From Amphiscolops sp. MND2022 (Eukaryota), in NCBI GenBank assembly GCA_964187785.1, contig OZ076409.1:99698001-99762000 (forward strand): DNA of 64,000 nt, in the 5' to 3' direction. Shown here in pieces: positions 1 through 13,504 of the stretch. Under the pieces are notes generated by a model. It was not told the DNA's origin, made no database searches, and saw only the letters and a list, made by a program, of their open reading frames with translations. The stretch's first letter is position 1. Every line of letters starts with the position of its first letter. A program made the position numbers and the translations under genes.

Positions 1-1239
1 CAATCATACTCATCAATGCATTGCGCAAGTGGGGTGTTTTATTTACAGACGAACTGATATGCGAAATGGACGAAAACTGTTTTCGAAATTACTACCACCA
101 AATTGCAGATCTCTACATTTTTGGAAATGGTGACTTGATTGATCTTTAATGCAATTAGAATTTTTTCAGCTGGATAGATTGAAACGGTTAATTAAATGTC
201 AAATCTCTACCACACACACACAAAAAAAGAAAAAAACTGAAAAAACACAAAAAAATTCGTTTCAAAAGGTTTCCTCTTGAAAAGCCTAAGCGCTTATAGG
301 AAGCCTTTTCAGGGGCTAAATTATTTTATGTTTGCACTTTTATGTTTATAATTTTCTATGACACTTATATATACAGCGCACCCTGATAAATTCAATTATT
401 ATTATTATTATTATTATTATTGATCTCGTTCGAAGCGCAAATCTCCCTGAAAAAACGAGACAGCTGGAAAAAAAAGAGTTGATGCTGCTAATTTAGAAAG
501 AAGTCGAATACTTTTGCATCCTCTTACAGTTTGCGCATGAAGAAAATCAATGTTTTTGATACCGGAGGTCAACAAAAAACTTTAACAGCTGAAGGGTATT
601 CCTATTTGAAAGGTTTTTTAGAAATAAACACATTGTTACTTGATTCTTTATGGAAAACATGTAAGTCATACAATGTTTGTATATAGAAAACAGGGCCTTT
701 TTACTTTTCCCACACTTTTTTAGGTGATGTTTTTGCAATTAATTATATCTCAATTAGGGAAAACAAACTCAACATAAAGGATTATATTTGACTATATCAT
801 TCAATATTTTTTCAAATAAGTCTTTTGCTTTGTTTTGTTTTCTCCATATGAACTCCACATAAAATAAAAAGTGTGGGGGAAACGAAAAAGAGCTAGAAAA
901 CATTTATAGAAGTCATGAGTTGAACATGTCTTTTTTAGTTTGGCTGCTAATTTCCATATATGGAACATAATATGATTTGCATGATAGCCCAACACAGGAT
1001 TCACTAGATTATCGTGGAGTCTAAAATAGCGACTGAATGTTAAAGCGACACCTGTGATGTTTTAATATTGGGCCTCCACTGATTGGATAGCTGAATAGAC
1101 CCACCCAATGGGGTAGAGAGTGCCAACCGTGCGCTGAGTGGTCCACCTTTGGCTAACCCAGTTCACATAACTCCATAACTCGGAATTTTCTGTCCGTGGA
1201 AAACGACTGCAGTCTGATCTACAAAAAAATGGAATATCC

Positions 1240-1410
1240 AGTGTTGGAAGCCATGGAACGCTTACCATGATCATGGTTAATCATGGTACCATTGTTAAGA
1301 TCACCATGATGACAAATCAAGATACATGGAACGCTTGTCGAGATCATGCCAAGATCATGGCAAGATCATGGCAAGATCCCCACAAGATAACCATGGTTTG
1401 GCATGGTTTT
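1240..1410. repeat. Degenerate CCATG/AAGATCATGG short-unit repeat, likely the end of a small non-autonomous transposon
   Basis: Repeated ccatga/agatcatggc units just inside intron 2 of paralog 2. Confidence 0.5.
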
Positions 1411-1795
1411 TACCAAATAAATTATGTCAAAAATTCGATAAAACCATTTTCAGCTGTAATGACTTCTGACAATTTGTTTAGCTCATTCAAAACTTGAGTT
1501 CCAACTTTCACTTCTGATGAAGTTAGCTGAAAAAACCGAGCAAGCGATTTTGCCTTGATACAACTTTGAACGAGGACGAAGAATAGAATAGTTCACAAAT
1601 CGATGGAAATTTCTGAGCCAAAGAGTTAGGTTCGCATGCTTTAGCAATATTTGATTCCGTCTTCAGAGTCCTCCGAGTTCAGACGAAACATTTCAAAGAC
1701 TGATACTGGGGACTGTAAAAAACCTATTGAGACAGGAAGTTCAGAAGTAAATCTAAATTTCACCAAGAGACAGTGGATCCACTCCACACAATTTT

Positions 1796-2777
1796 CCGTA
1801 CTGAGGTCCCATGCGATCCCATGCATGGTCCATGCTAATCCCATGCATGGTCCATGCATGGACCATGCATGGACCATGCATGGCCATGTCACTTTTAAGC
1901 ATGGAATTGCATGGACCATGCATGGACCATGCATGGTTTTGAGGGGAAAAGCAATCGCAAAAACGCCCGAAAACGACTTCTAGAAAGGCAATGAAACACC
2001 TGGCTTAATTAAAAACTTATCTATGGCCTTTTCTGAGATGAAAAAAAATTCAGTAAAAATATTCAATTCAAAAACAATGTTAGAAATGTGCCTTCAGAGA
2101 TTGGGTAAAAAGCATATTGGGGGAAAGCCTCAGGACCTAAAATTAGGAACTTGACGAAACTTCTTATACACAATCTTCATAAAATGTAGAACAATTGTGG
2201 AAAGTTTGAGCAAAATCGTCTCGATTGTTCTTGAGATTATAATGAATTTGAGATGAAAAAACCAAACTTTATTAGTTCGTCCACATTTCTTCGTTTCAAA
2301 ACTTTTTCGATGGTTTTGATTACGACGGTGACGAGGATGAGAAGCGAAAGATCGATACGAGAAAAACAAGAGTCCGCCGTGAAATTCCGCTCAAGAAAGT
2401 CCGCTCAAATTGTGATATCTGTCACTCCTATCTAAGGGCCCCAGCATTATGTGGAGGAGAGCTTCCTGCTTCCCTTGCTCTGAAATAAAGGATGACAACC
2501 AAAAATGATAAAATTCAAAATGGCCGCGTCCATCAATTAACTTCGAATTTTTCAAAGTTAGAAAAATTTTTTTCAAATGGAAGTATTTCTTTGACGCAAC
2601 TTCAAGTTTCCAAAAAAAATGAATTCAAAACTTTTTTTCGCGATTTGAAGTTTTTCAATTTTCACGATTAGTCCCATGCATGGCCATGCATGGTCCATGC
2701 ATGGCCATGCATGGGATGTGTATTTTTACATGGACCATGCGATCCCATGCATGGGATCGCATGGGACCTCGGTACGG
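1796..2777. mobile_element. Non-autonomous TIR element (MITE) with subterminal CATGCATGGAC arrays
   Basis: The left end ccgtactgaggtcccatgcgatcccatgcatg is the reverse complement (1 mismatch) of the right end catgcatgggatcgcatgggacctcggtacgg. Palindromic catgcatgg arrays lie at both ends. No TSD resolved. Confidence 0.75.
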
Positions 2778-4920
2778 GAGAACCGCAACACTCTTTGCGG
2801 TAACAAAAATTCTTTCGATGGAATCGAGAGAGTTACCATTACGGGCTACTTGTAAAATGGTGGTAAAAACGTGGTTTGAAAATGCTATCTTTGTAAGGAT
2901 CTTCTACTGTGATAGTTGCATTTAATCGTAAATTCGAGAGAGAAATTCCGGATCCATCCAAAAATCTTGTGCTTAAACTTTAAACCACAAAATCTCCTAT
3001 TCTGTTGAAGTCGGACAAACAATTTATAGCGCGTTCAAAAGAAGACAATCAAGGCTGTTTTTCTCACACTGGCTCCGGACTTCGCGCAAAACATTACACG
3101 CCTTGTGTCTCTGGCTGCATTTCAGCATGTTCCAGAACATACGAGGCGAGCCGCTTTGACCCAATCTTGATACCAATGGGATGAAGTGGCCAAAAACGGA
3201 AACCGGAAAAACCAAAAAATCTGAGCTCAATTTTTTGATTTTTTGGTCTTGTTTTTCGAGTCAATATTTGGTCAATATTTGGTGAAAATGCGTGCAAAGC
3301 TCTGTAATAAGGTTTGAAAATCTTGTTCCAGAATTTTCTCTACCACACGGTCCACTGTCGCCTTCAGAAGATAGTTTGCAGAAACTGACCGCTACGAAAT
3401 CGTGCAATCGTCCATTTAGGGTTTATACAATTCTCAAAACACCTGGCAAGTAAATGTACTCCTTGCAAAAATCTTACGAGAAAATTTGTCTCCAGGAAAA
3501 CCTTGCTAGCAACAATTTTACCAGAAACTCATTTTACAAACCAAGGAGCTGGCAAGGTGCTTCCAAGAGGTGCTTCCATCATTTTGCAATATCTTGAAAG
3601 ATTCAGGGAATATTCTTGGACGGAAAGTAGTTTAAATTTAAAATAGGATATCTCCAGAGATTTGAACGTCAAGAGACCGGGATTTTTGGCTTTAGTGCCG
3701 GTTATCAGACAAAAGTGCCCCACTCATAAGCACCCCACTCAAACGCTACATGGGTTTTGCTGACTCTTTTAAGCCACCATTTAAGATCCTCACTCAATTA
3801 AATAATTACGAGTTTTTCATTTTAAAACAGTGTTTTCACTAATTGCTCGAATTGCACTAAATGTTAAAGAGCTGATACTTTGTTAGAACACCTTCGATTA
3901 TATATAATTAGAGGAAATGATCGGCTCAAAATTTAGCTACGCACTTTGTATTGGGGTGCCATTCAATGGGGCGCTTATGTCGGTGTAAAATGGGCGCTTT
4001 TGTCTGTACACGATAGGGTCTTTTATTTGTTTTTTATCCAATCATAAAGCTTTGCAACATGCGGTAGTGAGCGTATTCATACCTTTATGGAAAACCGGAG
4101 CTGAAACACCAGGAAGAAGGATTTCTAGCCAATGAGAAGGAAGTCGGCAGGCAAATTTGGTCAAAGCCGCGAGATAGAGTTCTTTTCCTTCTGCGTAACG
4201 GTCGTTGTGTTCATTGATCTATGGAAAACAAATATCTTTGAAATGATACCCAAAGTGTATCCCGGCACTATACAGAGCGTCGAATAATTTCAAATAATTC
4301 AAAGCGTCGAAAATTTCCAGAGTATTCAAAGCGTTGAAAGATTTCCATATCAGCGAATATTTTCAGGTTATTATTTGAAGAGGTTAGCGTATTTGTTGTA
4401 TGGCTCGGTCGCTTCGCTCCCTTCGCCAGGTAGCAACATTGAGGCATGACCATATGGCCAACCATCCGGCCAGTACATCGTCAAATGCAGTCCAACTTTT
4501 GTCGAGGACATCGATTACCACAAAACGTGGTTCCAAAACCAGGCAGCATTTTCTCTGGGGTGTTACTTTCTCCCAGAGACGGGCGAACTATCTCACATCC
4601 GTAAGTAAAAAAACATAGACTCTTCTTGAGGCTGAGATCGAAAGATGACAATGGCGAACACGCTGAAGCACACATTCCAGATGAGCCTCGTCAGGAAAAT
4701 CTAAGCTGTGGAAATACTGATAGAGAAAGACACTCTGTCATAAGTATTAAGCACAAAAGCCAAATGGAACAGGGAATGTTACAACCCTAAAGGTTGTTGA
4801 ATTATCAGCGCGTTAGCGTTACTAATACGCACATCTCCCTCAGAAACCAAAACTCACTCATTATGCAAAGTCTCATTATCACTTTGCTGATCATTATGTT
4901 CTCATATCAAATAGATTTGA

Positions 4921-5105
4921 AAATGACCAGGTTCAAACAACCCATATACAAAGACCCAAGATTGACGTCGCAAAGGACCGGGTTAAAAGAGCCCATAAAC
5001 AATGACACAAGATTGATGTCACCAATGACCAGGTTCAAACAGCCCATATACAAAGACCCAAGATTGCCGTCGCAATTTACCGGGTTAAAACTACCCAATA
5101 TACAG
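4921..5105. repeat. Short tandem repeat (~100-bp period built from ~50-bp subunits)
   Basis: aatgaccaggttcaaaca(a/g)cccatatacaaagacccaagattg occurs at ~4922 and ~5024; ccgggttaaaa is also repeated. Confidence 0.7.
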
Positions 5106-7401
5106 GGACGCAAGGTTGTTGTCATTGGAAAAACAAGGTCGATAAAACTCTTTATAAAGTGACGTAAAAGTGACCTCATTAAAACCTCAAAAAATACCTT
5201 CTACCGTCGGTGCTTTACGTAAGTGGGGCCCTCGAAGGAGAGGTCCATTAGATGATCTAGACCAGCTAGTGAAACGTGGCAGTCTATCAGCATCGGGGGA
5301 AAGCAACAGATTCAATCAGAAACGAGCTTCAATGTCCATTTCAACATCGATTTCAACCCCACGGGAGTGTTTCGCCCCTTCTCAGTGGCCCTGTCACAGC
5401 CCACCCCCGGTCTGGATTGTGGTTGCCAAGAGATGCAGTTTGGCCGTGGCCATGAATGAATTATGAAAACAGTTAGACTATACTATTAGACATATCATTA
5501 TAATTAGCCACAGCAAAAAGAATAAAATTACTTTTTCTAGTACAGAAACAGTCGTCCTGAACGTATACAAATCACAATAACCTCTCTTGCATTTTATCAA
5601 CCTCACGAGAAACCTTTGTCCCATGACAGTGGCCCTGTCACAGTCCGCGACCGGACCCGGTTAAAGTGAAAACAAGCTACAGCTAAATGTCTTGAATTTA
5701 GCTGTGATAGATATTGACGTTGTGACGTCACAAACTTGAGAATGGTACTCAAAAAGACTTTAATCTACGTCACCGTATCGTTAGCCAATCAAATCAGAGC
5801 TAAATGTATAGTTTACGTCAACGCTCTGTCACAGTCTTGGCAGCTATCTAGAATTTCATTCCAAATTACTCGTCAGCACTGCGTCAATCTAGGCAGCTTG
5901 CCAAGCTAGCCAGCAAAACTTGTCAACACTACGGCGCAAATTTATGAAAATAAGCATTTGAACTGTTATAAATTAGAAAGATTTGCTATTTCAGCAACGA
6001 AATACTAGGTAAAACTGATTTACCCTGTGTCGTCATGATAGCGCCAAATACAAGGGAAATTGTAGTAGGATTATAATTTCACGTCACGCTTGCGTCAAAT
6101 ATTAGTAAGAACTAAAGCATATTGCGTTTTACGTCCTTTCATTGTCATATAAAATTGTAGTCATTTTGAATCTAGGTTTGAAGTCATTTGAAGGTTTATG
6201 TTAGGTAGAACGTTTTGGTAAATTACAGATAGAAGTCACAGCCCACGTGTAAACGAACTTGCTGCGATTATTTCCTCATTGTGAAATGCTTTATACAAGT
6301 GTTTTCAAATCCGTCACCCATTTTGGTTTTGTCATAATAACTTTTATTTGACGTTCTTACATCGTCAATCAGTGATGTCTTAATTTCCAGCAGTTTTTAA
6401 ATGTTTAGTACATTGCTTTGATGGGTAAATATTACCTGCCATTCTACCATTATTGAATAGATGCATGCGTTTTTAAGCGATATCAAATATAATAATGTTA
6501 ACAAATGAAAACAATAACACATTTGTAATTTATTCGACGTTGTTATTCCGTTGCCTGAAGATTTGTTTGATACGATTGTTGGTATATCATTAGTTCGGTC
6601 AGTTAATTGAAATAAATAAAATAATAAATAAAATAATTCCATCTCTCCTAGCATCATCAAATTTAACAAATCAGCATGATTTTCCCAAATTAAAATTCAA
6701 AATCAGGTATCAGCTGTTCTCGTCAGCGTTAGCTCCGCGTCAATTTTTCCGCGAACCAAAGCAATAAAACAGGAAAACATTTCCGGTTTGTCAGATTGAA
6801 GTGAAAATTACCTCCTGCTTGGAAGGAATTGAATGGACGCCGGATTGAATTGATTTGACACTGGGAGATGACTAATACCAATTTAACTAAGGCGATATCA
6901 CAAAAAGTGACGAATTGCCAACGTAGATCGAATTACTAAATACAATTTGCTGCAAAATCCTAGGATGTAACTAATATCTCGATGGAAATTAAGGTGCGCG
7001 AGTATGAACATGAGATGGCACGAGGGTATTTGTAGCTTGTACTTGTAAAATTATTCAATTCAATTTTGTGTTTCAATCTGCGATCTTATATCAAGCTCAA
7101 CTTTGTTTTGTTGAAACAATAACTTTACGAACCTCAATTCAAAATTTTTTCCAAGATTACACCGAGAAGAAAAAAGACAAAAGAGAAGAAATGTCTTTCA
7201 AGAAAGCAACGAAAATAATCAGAAATGTACAAAACAACGACTCTAAGTTAATTCGTAACAAGTATGAACCTTGGGGCATGGCCATATATCACGTCACTCC
7301 GCTTCGATTCCCTCCTGAATTTAGGGCACTAGGTGTATGTGAACATAGCTGACTATGTTATCGTAATTAGTTCACCGCTGTGTAGCACACAAAATTAACA
7401 G

Positions 7402-7954
7402 TTTTTAGTCGGCGCTTTTTGAAGAAAAACGCAGACTATAGTAGTGACTTTTTTTTAAGACCAACGAACTGACAGATTTTATAAATTTTATAAGTTGACC
7501 GACTAACACTAAACTGCCACTACTGCCACACTACTTCACTGCCACACTACTTCACTGCGACTTGGCATAGAGGTTACGGCTTTTTTGAGGTCTGCCAAGC
7601 AGAAGGACATGGGTTCGAGTCCCGCCCTTGACCAAAAATTTTTTGTGCATTTTTTTTTCGACTTTGTGAGACTTTTTTTCGCAAATATCTCTAAAGGGTC
7701 CACTCGTCATTTTTTGTCTATTTTGCAAAAAATGGATGTTCGAAGACTCCCAGAGTGCCCCCTTTTACATGTTTCGGCACTATGCGACTTACCGGAAACC
7801 AAAAAAAAAATCGAAAAAAACTTAAAAAGTTCGGATTTTTTTTCCATTTTTTCCTCAAGCGGGTACTGTAGAAGAGAATACTTGACACTTTGAAGTCCTT
7901 TTGCTATTTTTGAGCCTTAGATATGGCGCCGACTTGGGCCGTTCCCGGCTTGTT
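7402..7954 (+). mobile_element. HINE/Helentron-like non-autonomous element with an internal tRNA-like module
   Basis: 5' TTTT-AGTCGGCGC and 3' GCGCCGACT subterminal inverted repeat, then a small hairpin GCCG-ttcc-CGGC and CTTGTT. Internal actgccacact repeats. A-box-like TGGCATAGAGG (~7563) and B-box GGTTCGAGTCC (~7612). Confidence 0.7.
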
Positions 7955-9814
7955 ATTCATACCTTTTTCATATTTCAACCAGAAGCGTTCAATAATTATA
8001 TTCCGGCGTGATGAATAGCTTGCAATATTTCGACGCTCTGTGAATCCGCCGATGTGCCGTTTGTACAATTAGTGGCAAATATCTTTGGCATCGGCTCTTT
8101 TCTGTCCCCCTCCACAATATTTTTTGAAAGTATATTTCCTTAAAAATTTTAAACAATTCTAATTAAAAGTGAAACATTTCATTACAGGGAGTTAACGTCT
8201 ATCAGAATAGACTTTGGTTGAACAAAACACAATTTACACACATTTCGACTGTTGGTTTCCTAATAAAAAACGAGTGACCTCATAGGGAAAACAGTGTGAA
8301 CAAGGTTTGTATCTCAATTCTAAACTGTCACCCTGAAAATAACTTTATAAATTGGAAGTTTCTGGTTTGTAGCCAAGTATTTTTGTTACAATATTTTCTT
8401 TAATGTTCCAAAAAAATGCTGGTGGGGGCAGAAAAAAGCCTTGACATCTACTAGAGAAGATGTTAGCAGAAACTATGCCCCACTGGTCAAGTTATGTGGA
8501 AACGTTTTGTCAGACAACATAGAAAGCTGATTTCTTGAAATTATGTGACGTTATCAAAACACAGTTTATAGAGGTGCTAGATCAATTGGTCGACGGTGCA
8601 ATTTACCGATTGTGCAATTGGCTGACCATAAAGCATTGAAAATGGCGGAGCATTTATTGAAATTGAATTTAATCGTTTCAAAAGAGGGGAAATACGTTCT
8701 CATGAAGATCAAGTAATGAAACTTATCCAAAAAGTATCAATTGACTATTCAGCATCCTCTTTAAAGGAAAGATCCTCTTGATTTTTTTTGAAATTTTTGT
8801 CCCATTACATTTGGCTTATCCAGATCAAATTTTCATTGCGACACAAATTAATGTTGCATTACAAAATTGAGAATAATATAATAATTAATATATAATATTC
8901 GACCGTGTCGTCAGTTAATTGCACAGTCGGCTATTTGAATGGTCGGCCAATCGCTCGGTCACCTGAAATAGAGCGTTTCTACATCAACTCTTTAATGCGA
9001 GTCATAATTTAGAGTTTAGTATCTTAAACGTGTGTGCTTGGGGGGTTGGGAAGATTGGTTTATTGGGTGATATGTTCTCTCGAACCAGAATATTTTTGGA
9101 TCATTTCTTTTAATTCCCGCCATTTTAACAACCCCCATTGAGCCGTCAAGTGGAATTATTGTTGAATCCATCGAGACAACCAATCAAATGGCAGTATTTT
9201 ATTACTATAACTGTAACCGAAACTCATTGCTGATACTGGGGGGGGGGGGAGAGGGGGGTTAAAATTGTCGCGCTTACTGGGGGGATTAACAGAAAAAATC
9301 TGTATTTTTACCTCTTTCAAATTAGCCACCCATGCATTGAATCTCATATGCTCTGTTTTTTCGGTGAAGTACTTTCGATACAGTCTCTTCCAATGCCCCC
9401 ATTGTATACAATAAATATCCATCGGGGCCTCATAACAATGGTATTCAACTTGGGTCGAACCAATCACGGAACTTGTGAAAACTGACGCGAAAAAAATAAA
9501 TAGTTTTTTCTCGATAAACATTGAAGCGGTTCGATCGTTGAGCAAATTCAACAAATTTTGGCTTTGCTCGTCAGAACAATTCTTAGCTGTGTTAGTAAAT
9601 AGAGAATGAATAAGACAAACAACAAAATTAAATTTAAGAGATTCTAGTTAAAGGTCGCTGTTGATTCAATTTGACAACAACAGAATGGAAATGTCTCAAA
9701 ACATCGAATAATCTGAAGAATCGGTTGTTGAGCATAAGCCAGAATAATACACGGCTCTTTTCTGTTCCTCCACAATCTAAAAATATACCAAAAAATACCA
9801 AAAATATATAAAAT

Positions 9815-10526
9815 CCCAGTGTAAAATATCTTGAAACTCTTGCCAAGAATCTTGCATATTCTTGAAACCCTTGGTAAGAATCTTGGCAAGATTCTTACCA
9901 AGAGCGCCAAGAATATGTACGATCTTGCAAGATCTTGCCAAGAACTTCAAGAAAAATGCCTGATTTTTTCGACTGAAAAAACGCAGAAAAAGTGTTTTTA
10001 GTACAAAAAACCTTCCAGGAAAAACCAAGAATCTTGTCAAGAAATCCAAGAAAATCCAAGAAACGCCAAGAATCTTGCCAAGAAATCCGGGAAAATGCAA
10101 GAAATGCCAAGAATCTTGCCAAGAGTTTCAAGAGAAAAGCTAACAAAAGTGAATGAAAACAAACAAAAACCCACGCCAACTTCGGCTTGATCAGCGTACC
10201 TATTCTACCACGGCTGTTCGCGCTACCAACCAAACTATCATGTTCTGAATTTCAATACTTTGTGTTGTCTTATATCCAATACTTCAAAGAATGATAGTGT
10301 GGCTGGTAGTGCGAACAACAGCAAAAACTTGTAAACAAAATTGTTTGTTTTACATTTATTTTCTTGACACTCTTGATAAGACTCTTACCAAGATTCCTAT
10401 CAAGTATTGCAAGAGTTTTGTGTCAAGCAAGAATAAACAAGATCTTATCAAGAGTTTCAAGAGGTAACGGGATTTTGCGGGAAAATCCAAGATCTTGGCA
10501 AGAGTTTCAAGATATTTTACACTGGG
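9815..10526. mobile_element. MITE with ~34-bp TIRs (CCCAGTG...CACTGGG) and TCTTGCCAAGA arrays
   Basis: cccagtgtaaaatatcttgaaactcttgccaaga at the left end is the reverse complement of tcttggcaagagtttcaagatattttacactggg at the right end. AT flanks both sides (possible 2-bp TSD). Confidence 0.8.
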
Positions 10527-13504
10527 ATTGCTTTCTAAAAATCTAGCTAAAAATAGTTGAAGAAGTGTTGTTCACCAAAATTTCTCATTGATGTTCAATT
10601 TGTTCCTTCATTTGTTGTTTAATGAAAACCTTTGTTTCTTGGCTGATGTTTAAACAAGGTGATTCAAACGAAGTCGTTAGTAATGCCAGTATTTTGAGAA
10701 AAATTTTCGGGTGGCGTAAACTCATCGAGTTTTTTTTTACCTTTGCGAATCTGTTAAGATCTGAAGGATTTTTGCAGAATTTTACATATATGTGGTGATT
10801 CGAAGACAAATGACGTGATCACAAATAAAAATAAAAACCCCACAGAGATGTCGAACGAGAAATAAAAATTGTTTAGAATTGGTGAAAAATCGAATTTACG
10901 TCAAAATGATGAAAAATGTTTCTGCAGCAATCTGTACAGGTCAGTAGAGAACTTTTCAGACCTCTGCAGATCTATCGAAAATCCTCAAGTTACAAAAATT
11001 TAAAGAGACCAAAAATTACCAATATATTACTATACAGTAATTACTGGTACTATCCGAGTTACCAGCCATTACTGAAGTTACTCGAACAAACCATATTTCC
11101 GAAATATTACAACAACAGCTCTTCATCAACACGTCTACCAACCCAGACGGTCGCCACATGAAATCAATATGGTAAGCGAGCCTCTCTGAGCTCAACAACC
11201 ACTTCTGTAATGTTCAAGTGAAATGGATGAATTACCGTGCACAACCAGTACCGAACATTCTCCAGTTTACAAAAATACCGTGATGGGACAAGCTTTCCTG
11301 CTCGAGAATTTGGTGTATTGGAGAGTTTCAACTAACTGAACCTTGGTCAGCTAAAATACGTGGTAAAGTATTTGATAGAGGCCAAAAAAATCTTTATACT
11401 GCAAAAATCGATAAAGAAAATTGGCACACTTCTGTAAAGTTTCCGTATATTCAGTATATCTGTAAGATTCTTCAAGATTCAGTGCAAAGAGGTTTGCAGA
11501 AGCCTGTCGAAAGTTTTATAGGTCTGCACAGATTCGCAAAGATCAAAAACCTGGGCAGATTGATGATCCTTGCAGAATCAGATAAAATATCTGTGACCAC
11601 TAGGGTGATTCTTCAGGCACATCACCAGTTGTTTCCCCATCCATCGGGCACTGAAAACGAAGAAGGTTCCACTTGATCTGAACTCGGTGAGCCAAGTATT
11701 CAGGGTATTACGTCACATGCAACAGATTTTCGTTTCCCCGAAAGAACAAATTACTCAGTCCACAATTGCCCCCTAACGCCTCGTTCAATTCATACTTATG
11801 AACTACTTATGTAATAAAGTTGTTTGATTCATACTGTGTATGCGAATCAAGCAGTAGAATTATAATTCGACCTGTGTAATTAACAGAGCCACCCGTAATT
11901 ACCAGATCCATCTGTAATTATGAGATGCACAGTGTAGGTAGTTAAATTGCGTAGAATCAATGTTTGGTGTAAATTAGTTAACTACGATTTCCGATGGTGT
12001 AACCTAGTCAATTCACGAAGCTGAGTCAACTAGTGTAACGTCCGATCGTTCTATCAATGCGTGTAATGTGTGACAGTGAAAATTGAACTCGATCACTCTA
12101 ACCGGCCACCTATTTTCAAAAAGAACAGTTTTAACTCCTTAGTAGAGACACAATACCAATTGAAACTTGCTTAGAAAAATGCATGAAACGGAGCTGGACT
12201 TCTTCTTTAATGGAACTTATCTCACGTCGGACATGTCGTCAAAGTTTGGGTAGTATTGAGACCAATAATTGGTGGATGTACATTGAGAAAACCTAGTATC
12301 AGAACAAAAGAGAATTTTGAAACAGTAGTATAGTGCCAAAAAATTTTGTAAAGGACCTTTTGGATTTTTTAACATCCAATCTGGTGCAGCAAAATGTCAC
12401 AAAAAAATGAAAGGGGACCTCCGGAGACCTTAAAAAGTTCTTTTTTGGAGACCGAAAAAAGTCTTAGTGCCGAAAATTGAAAAGGGGGAGCCTTCTGCTT
12501 TGGAATATTTTGTATTTCATGCTGGAGGTTTTGGATGCGTTCAAAACCAAGTCCTAAGTACTTAGCGTGAAAGTGAACTCTGCACAAAATGAGGATCATT
12601 CAGGGTGCCACTGACAAAACAACTAGTCACTGTAATTGATGGTCTTTTTTTCTGTAATACTTGGTCTTCCAAATGAGGACAGCGATGTTTTCACAATCAA
12701 TAAAAAATTACAAAATGCAAAAAGCATATAGGAAACGAAAATTTGTTTTTCTGATGAACAATCTATTGGACTATCTGGGGCGAGTTGTTATTTGTGTCAA
12801 TATAGCTTCTTTTCCGAACCACCACCAAAAAAAATAACAGTATAAAAATGAAAATTTGCAAAACTTTACATTTCAGAAAAATAGCCTTTTCTCAATAACA
12901 CTGCAACTGTTTGCTAAGTTACTGTCACACTCTAGTAACACAATTTGCCACCATTAAAAACGCATGTAGATTTTTTTTTCAATGAAGCTTCAGCTAAGAG
13001 TACGACCTTCATTTCAAAAAGGTGGCGCAAACTCCCAGCCTAGCCAGTGTGCATTCGAAAACTTAGATAAAGGGCTTTCATCAACAGAAAACCAATTTGA
13101 GCTGTGGCTATTATCCATGGAGAAATTAAGTTTTGAAAAAATGTTGCCAATTTTTAAACTTCTCGGTGTACTGTCGAGGTAAATGGAAAAGCGCCGACTA
13201 AAAACTTGTTTAGAATAATCCCTGAAATGACGCCGAAAAACGTCTTCATTTTCCCAATTAATGACGTCAGTATTGGCTCTGTGGTTCAACTAAGCAATGG
13301 TTTAGCTCTCGGCGTGTTTACAACTCAAACAAAAAACAAAAAGCTAACTAAATTGGATCCGAAGTTTGTTGAACAACTGATATTACAGAGTTGTAAGCTA
13401 GTTCACATTGAAACGTGTCTCAAGACGACTCAGATTATTGGAAAAAGATTTATTCCATTTATCCAACCTTTGAGGACTTCTTGTCCTTAACATTGAAACT
13501 TTGT

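Larger units (their letters stand above)
1052..9521 (-). pseudogene. Papain/cathepsin-L-like (C1A) non-peptidase homologue, paralog 2; exons 9521-9312, 4218-4083, 1218-1052; last exon not found in the window
   Basis: Exon 1 (ATG 9521, 210 nt) encodes a signal peptide plus WGHWKRLYRK..EHMRFNAWVANLKE, then |gtaaaa. Exon 2 (136 nt, ag|...|gtatga) encodes INEHNDRYAEGKELYLAALTKFA, an I29 prodomain pattern. Exon 3 is 167 nt, or 159 nt without an 8-bp duplication, and then reads KIPSYVNW...TLYPIGWVYSAIQSVEAQY*NITG. Exon 2/3 lengths and intron phases (0,1,1) equal those of the + strand paralog. It carries a frameshift and an in-frame TAA. Confidence 0.85.

Noticed and set aside
3..149. Open + strand frame at the window edge (IILINALRKWGVLFTDELICEMDENC...DL*)
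   Set aside because: Short and truncated, with no recognisable motif; cannot be supported as a gene.
1641..2925. ORFs rich in MHGPCM/HAW
   Set aside because: Translations of the palindromic CATGCATGG arrays of a MITE.
7555..7630. Possible tRNA gene
   Set aside because: A/B-box-like motifs are present but no convincing cloverleaf, and it lies inside a dispersed repeat.
8470..8560. Candidate exon 2 of paralog 2 (ITSHN...)
   Set aside because: No AG acceptor and an in-frame stop; the 136-nt exon at 4218-4083 fits exactly.
9634..10546. Overlapping ORFs with LARFL/ILARS repeats
   Set aside because: Products of the TCTTGCCAAGA array in a MITE.
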